A model generated the notes under the pieces. The model was not told where the DNA came from. It searched no databases and saw only the letters and a program-made list of their open reading frames with translations. This document shows positions 61,856 through 64,000 of a DNA stretch of 64,000 nucleotides, in pieces. A program made the translations under genes and the position numbers. This stretch comes from Leptogorgia sarmentosa (taxonomy: Eukaryota): assembly GCA_964658305.1 (NCBI GenBank), contig OZ210885.1, forward strand, positions 14,880,001 to 14,944,000, read 5' to 3'. The number at the start of each line of letters is the position of its first letter. Position 1 is the stretch's first letter.

Positions 61856-62089
61856 CAGTTTCTGCAAAAGTGTCACTACTGTTGGAATCTCCGCTACCAG
61901 ATGGATCATTCTCGAGCTCTTCACAAAATGTTTCCGCAGCAGCATTCTTTACCTTTTCGCATATTCTTGTAGTTCCTGTATATACAGAATACGATTATAA
62001 TCTTTATATCTATATAAGTCTATACGCTTTCTGTCAAAAAATGTACATATTCGCAAGGTTTCTCTTTTGATCCTATCCTGAGTTATATC

Positions 62090-62570
62090 ACTCACCTGAA
62101 GCTCTCGAAGATTGCTCCACAAGTGGACAAAAATCACTACTGATCCATTTATTCTGGATGCAGTAATGCACTGCCACATCGAGTTCGACAATGAGCCTGA
62201 TCCGCAAATTAATTGTACCAGACCTGCAGACTCATTTTCGGCAATGGAGCAGCAAGTTATTGATAAGGAAATCCAAAAATTTCTGACGAAGGGAATTATA
62301 CAGCCTTCTGTCGCCACTCCAGGAGATATTATCTCTCCAATTTTTGTCACCCCCAAAAAGGATGGGTTGTATCGCGTGATTTTTAATCTTAAACGGCTCA
62401 ATGCCTCTGTGTCTTAACTATCATTTTAAAATGGACACTCTTCAAACGGCAGTACAACTTGTGACACCAGGCTGTTTTATGACATCCATTCCATCAAAAG
62501 TATTTGAAATTTTATTGGTGAGACACTCTGTATGCTTTCATATGTGTGCCCATGAGATTATCTAGCACAA
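62090..62570 (+). pseudogene. DIRS-type reverse transcriptase fragment
   Basis: WTKITTDPFILD...EIQKFLTKGII...SPIFVTPKKDGLYRVIFNLKRLN...HFKMDTL. Confidence 0.8.
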
Positions 62571-62574
62571 TCTA

Positions 62575-63165
62575 TCTGTCTGATTAAAACATCTTCAACT
62601 TCACTATCCGGTATATCAACAACACCCTTCCGACGTGCAAAAACCTTGCAAGATGGGTTTTGTCTTTGTCGACTGAATGTTCGTTCTGTCTTAAACCTGA
62701 ATCCTTGTTGCATGTCGTGGTTGGTTGCACCTCATATCTGAATCGATTTACTTGGCGACACGACTCAGTACTCAACTTCATTGCTAATATTCTACAACCT
62801 ATGGACTTGGACATGGATTTATGTTGACCTTCCCGGATTTCTCAACCCCTCAATTGTAGCTGGTGATGAATATCGGCCTGATTTGCTACTAACGACGAAA
62901 GACAACTGTCTTTACATTCTTGAATTGACTGTCGGATATGAAACTAATCTTAGAAATAGCATTAAACGCAAAAAGGACAAATATTTAGATCTTAGTGAGG
63001 AACAAAAGAAACATTCTAAATCCGTTGAATTTATTAATCTTTCTATTAGTGCACTCTGGGGTTTTTGACAAAGAATCGTCTGCTTTCCTAAAAATGCCCA
63101 ATCGTCTTAATGTCAGTGAATCTCAAACTAAATATTGTATAAAGAAAATTATTAACATTCCTATT
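62575..63165 (+). pseudogene. 3' fragment of an RLE-type non-LTR retrotransposon (HERO/NeSL-like)
   Basis: CSFC...LLHVVVGC (CCHC), WRHDSVL and RPDLLL...ILELTVGYE restriction-like endonuclease motifs. Confidence 0.78.
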
Positions 63166-63166
63166 A

Positions 63167-64000
63167 TCCACTTGTCAATGTTAAGCCCCAGGGTGGGGGG
63201 GACGGGCAAACCCAGGGGGATTTGACTTTTTTGAGTGATAAATGATCAAATTCCCCACTCACAGGACATGTATAAGAGTCAAATAACCCCTGCCAGGGGA
63301 GACAACAAAATCGTTTAAAACTTTATTTCAATACAAACATGAACAAAACATAAAAAAAACATGAACAAATGCCAAATATCTACAGATGTACCAGGAATCC
63401 TTGTACTGAAGGCTCTCATCACACAATCCCAATCATGTTGAATCATGGTTGGATCTAATCCTACTTCTGATGCATGTAATGTATGACTGTGGACTACTAC
63501 ATGCATCAGAAGTAGAATTTGGCAGATCATGTATTAGTGGGCTTTTACATATCTTTTATTACATGAGCTTTTACTGTAGGAAATGATAAAATTTATCTTA
63601 ATATGATTTTTGTACTAATACAGGTCCAATGCCAACTTAAACAGTGCATGCCATACATAAACCAAAATTTTGCATTTGAATATTTATATTCTGCAACCTG
63701 CAAATATCTGAGATTATTAAAACTGCCTTGATTATGCTTTACTCATATTAAACTCTCAGCAATGCAAAGAGGGCACTTCCAGTCGATATCATCTGTCACT
63801 AATGTTGGGCTAACACATAGCTGGTGATGCCAGGTGGAGCAGTGGTCACATTGTATCCAGTTGATAACATCAGTCCCAACTTCATCATTAGTTGGTGGTT
63901 CAACACACAAGCAAGTGGAGCATGCAGATTGCAATTCTTTTTTCTTCCTACTGGATGTACCCTATACAGTAAATAGCATGTTAACTACAAGGTAAAACAA
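63167..64000 (-). mobile_element. End of a second element with a TIR related to 18626-28780 and a PHD-finger exon (63743-63950); runs off the window
   Basis: TTA|TCCACTTGTCAATGTTAAGCCCCAGGGTGGGGGG...GGGGATTTGAC resembles TTA|TGCACCTATCAATGTAAATCCCGAGGGGG...GGGGATTT. CSTC...WIQCDHCSTWHHQLC...WKCPLC is a PHD finger. Confidence 0.6.

Overview
AT-rich eukaryotic DNA. From the 5S sequence and the transposon repertoire I infer a marine invertebrate, probably a cnidarian; this cannot be proven from the window. No ordinary host protein gene is evident. Bases 1-15660 are a minus-strand tandem 5S rDNA array of 226-bp and 329-bp units with higher-order 1459-bp blocks. The array is interrupted by an intact BEL/Pao LTR retrotransposon with identical LTRs and by a non-autonomous Helentron. 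The rest is a deeply nested transposon cluster. A split Academ-type transposase gene (about 43.2 to 17.0 kb) hosts: a 10-kb Zator-like element (carrying a CIDE-N/NCD2-like gene, with a Crypton derivative and an Ngaro-type YR retroelement inserted), a Sola3 element (with an intact Crypton inserted), MITEs and a DD41D mariner. Further right are a DD38E Tc1, Penelope fragments, a two-gene RAG1/Transib-like transposon with a 3-bp TSD, a decayed BEL, and DIRS and RLE-LINE fragments. Best leads: (i) the convergent two-gene RAG1-like transposon; (ii) the Zator-like element with a CIDE-N+NCD2 ORF and a candidate programmed -1 frameshift into its transposase; (iii) strand-specific tandem-GA hairpins at the 3' end of three unrelated Crypton-type elements. 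All family assignments come from motif recognition by eye, not from database searches.
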